Of a stretch of DNA of 64,000 nucleotides, positions 63,737-64,000 are shown one piece after another. The notes beneath the pieces were generated by a model that worked only from the letters and a program-made list of their open reading frames with translations, ran no database searches and was not told the origin of the DNA. Location of the stretch: positions 21,452,001-21,516,000 of the forward strand of contig OX597822.1 of NCBI GenBank assembly GCA_951406725.2, given 5' to 3'. Position 1 is the stretch's first letter. The number at the start of each line of letters is the position of its first letter. Position numbers and translations under genes: made by a program. Origin of the DNA: Octopus vulgaris. Its lineage: Eukaryota.

Positions 63737-64000
63737 CAGGGAGCGGTGAATAAACTGCTGTCTAAATTATGCAAAAATGAAGATAACACTGATATCTCAT
63801 TTTAACTGATATATTTACCAAAATTATATAAAAATATGTTAAAATACTAAAAAGTAAATTTATTCAATAAAATTACTATTGGCTTCAACCATGGCCTCCA
63901 GATGGCTTTGGAATCTCCAGCAACTCATCTGGATGGTCTCCTTGTTTAAGTTGGTGAATGCTGCCATAATCCTTGCCTTCAATTCATCTTCAGTGTTACA
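63737..64000 (-). mobile_element. Tc1/mariner transposon 3' end (continues beyond the window)
   Basis: TA-cagggagcggtgaataaa terminus; minus strand 63860-64000 reads CNTEDELKARIMAAFTNLNKETIQMSCWRFQSHLEAMVEANSNFIE*. Confidence 0.85.

Overview
This is an AT-rich, repeat-saturated eukaryotic window with no recognisable intact host protein-coding gene, so it is probably intronic or intergenic. The repeat complement points to a coleoid cephalopod, most likely an octopus; that is an inference from pattern recognition, not a database result. Most ORFs in the supplied track are microsatellite artefacts (YI/CV/HT/N/L runs). The real coding signal is all from decayed transposons: three R4/Dong-type restriction-like-endonuclease LINEs sitting in (TAA)n tracts, an RTE LINE whose reverse transcriptase carries an inserted PHD-type C4HC3 finger, a BovB-like RTE, a CR1-group 3' end and two Tc1/mariner transposase remnants. 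There are also piggyBac- and mariner-type MITEs and at least four tRNA-derived SINE families. The most interesting signal is a set of short, unrelated cassettes embedded in (TA)n microsatellites that carry type I hammerhead-ribozyme folds with palindromic stem III (best at 21848-21932 + and 27533-27565 -), suggesting microsatellite-targeting Penelope-like or retrozyme-like elements. Other oddities are a recurring SINE/(TAA)n/Dong head-to-head architecture, a ~210 bp fold-back, a templated inverted insertion with a 26 bp duplication, and an old tandem duplication with a fold-back junction. Boundaries of decayed repeats are approximate (read by eye).
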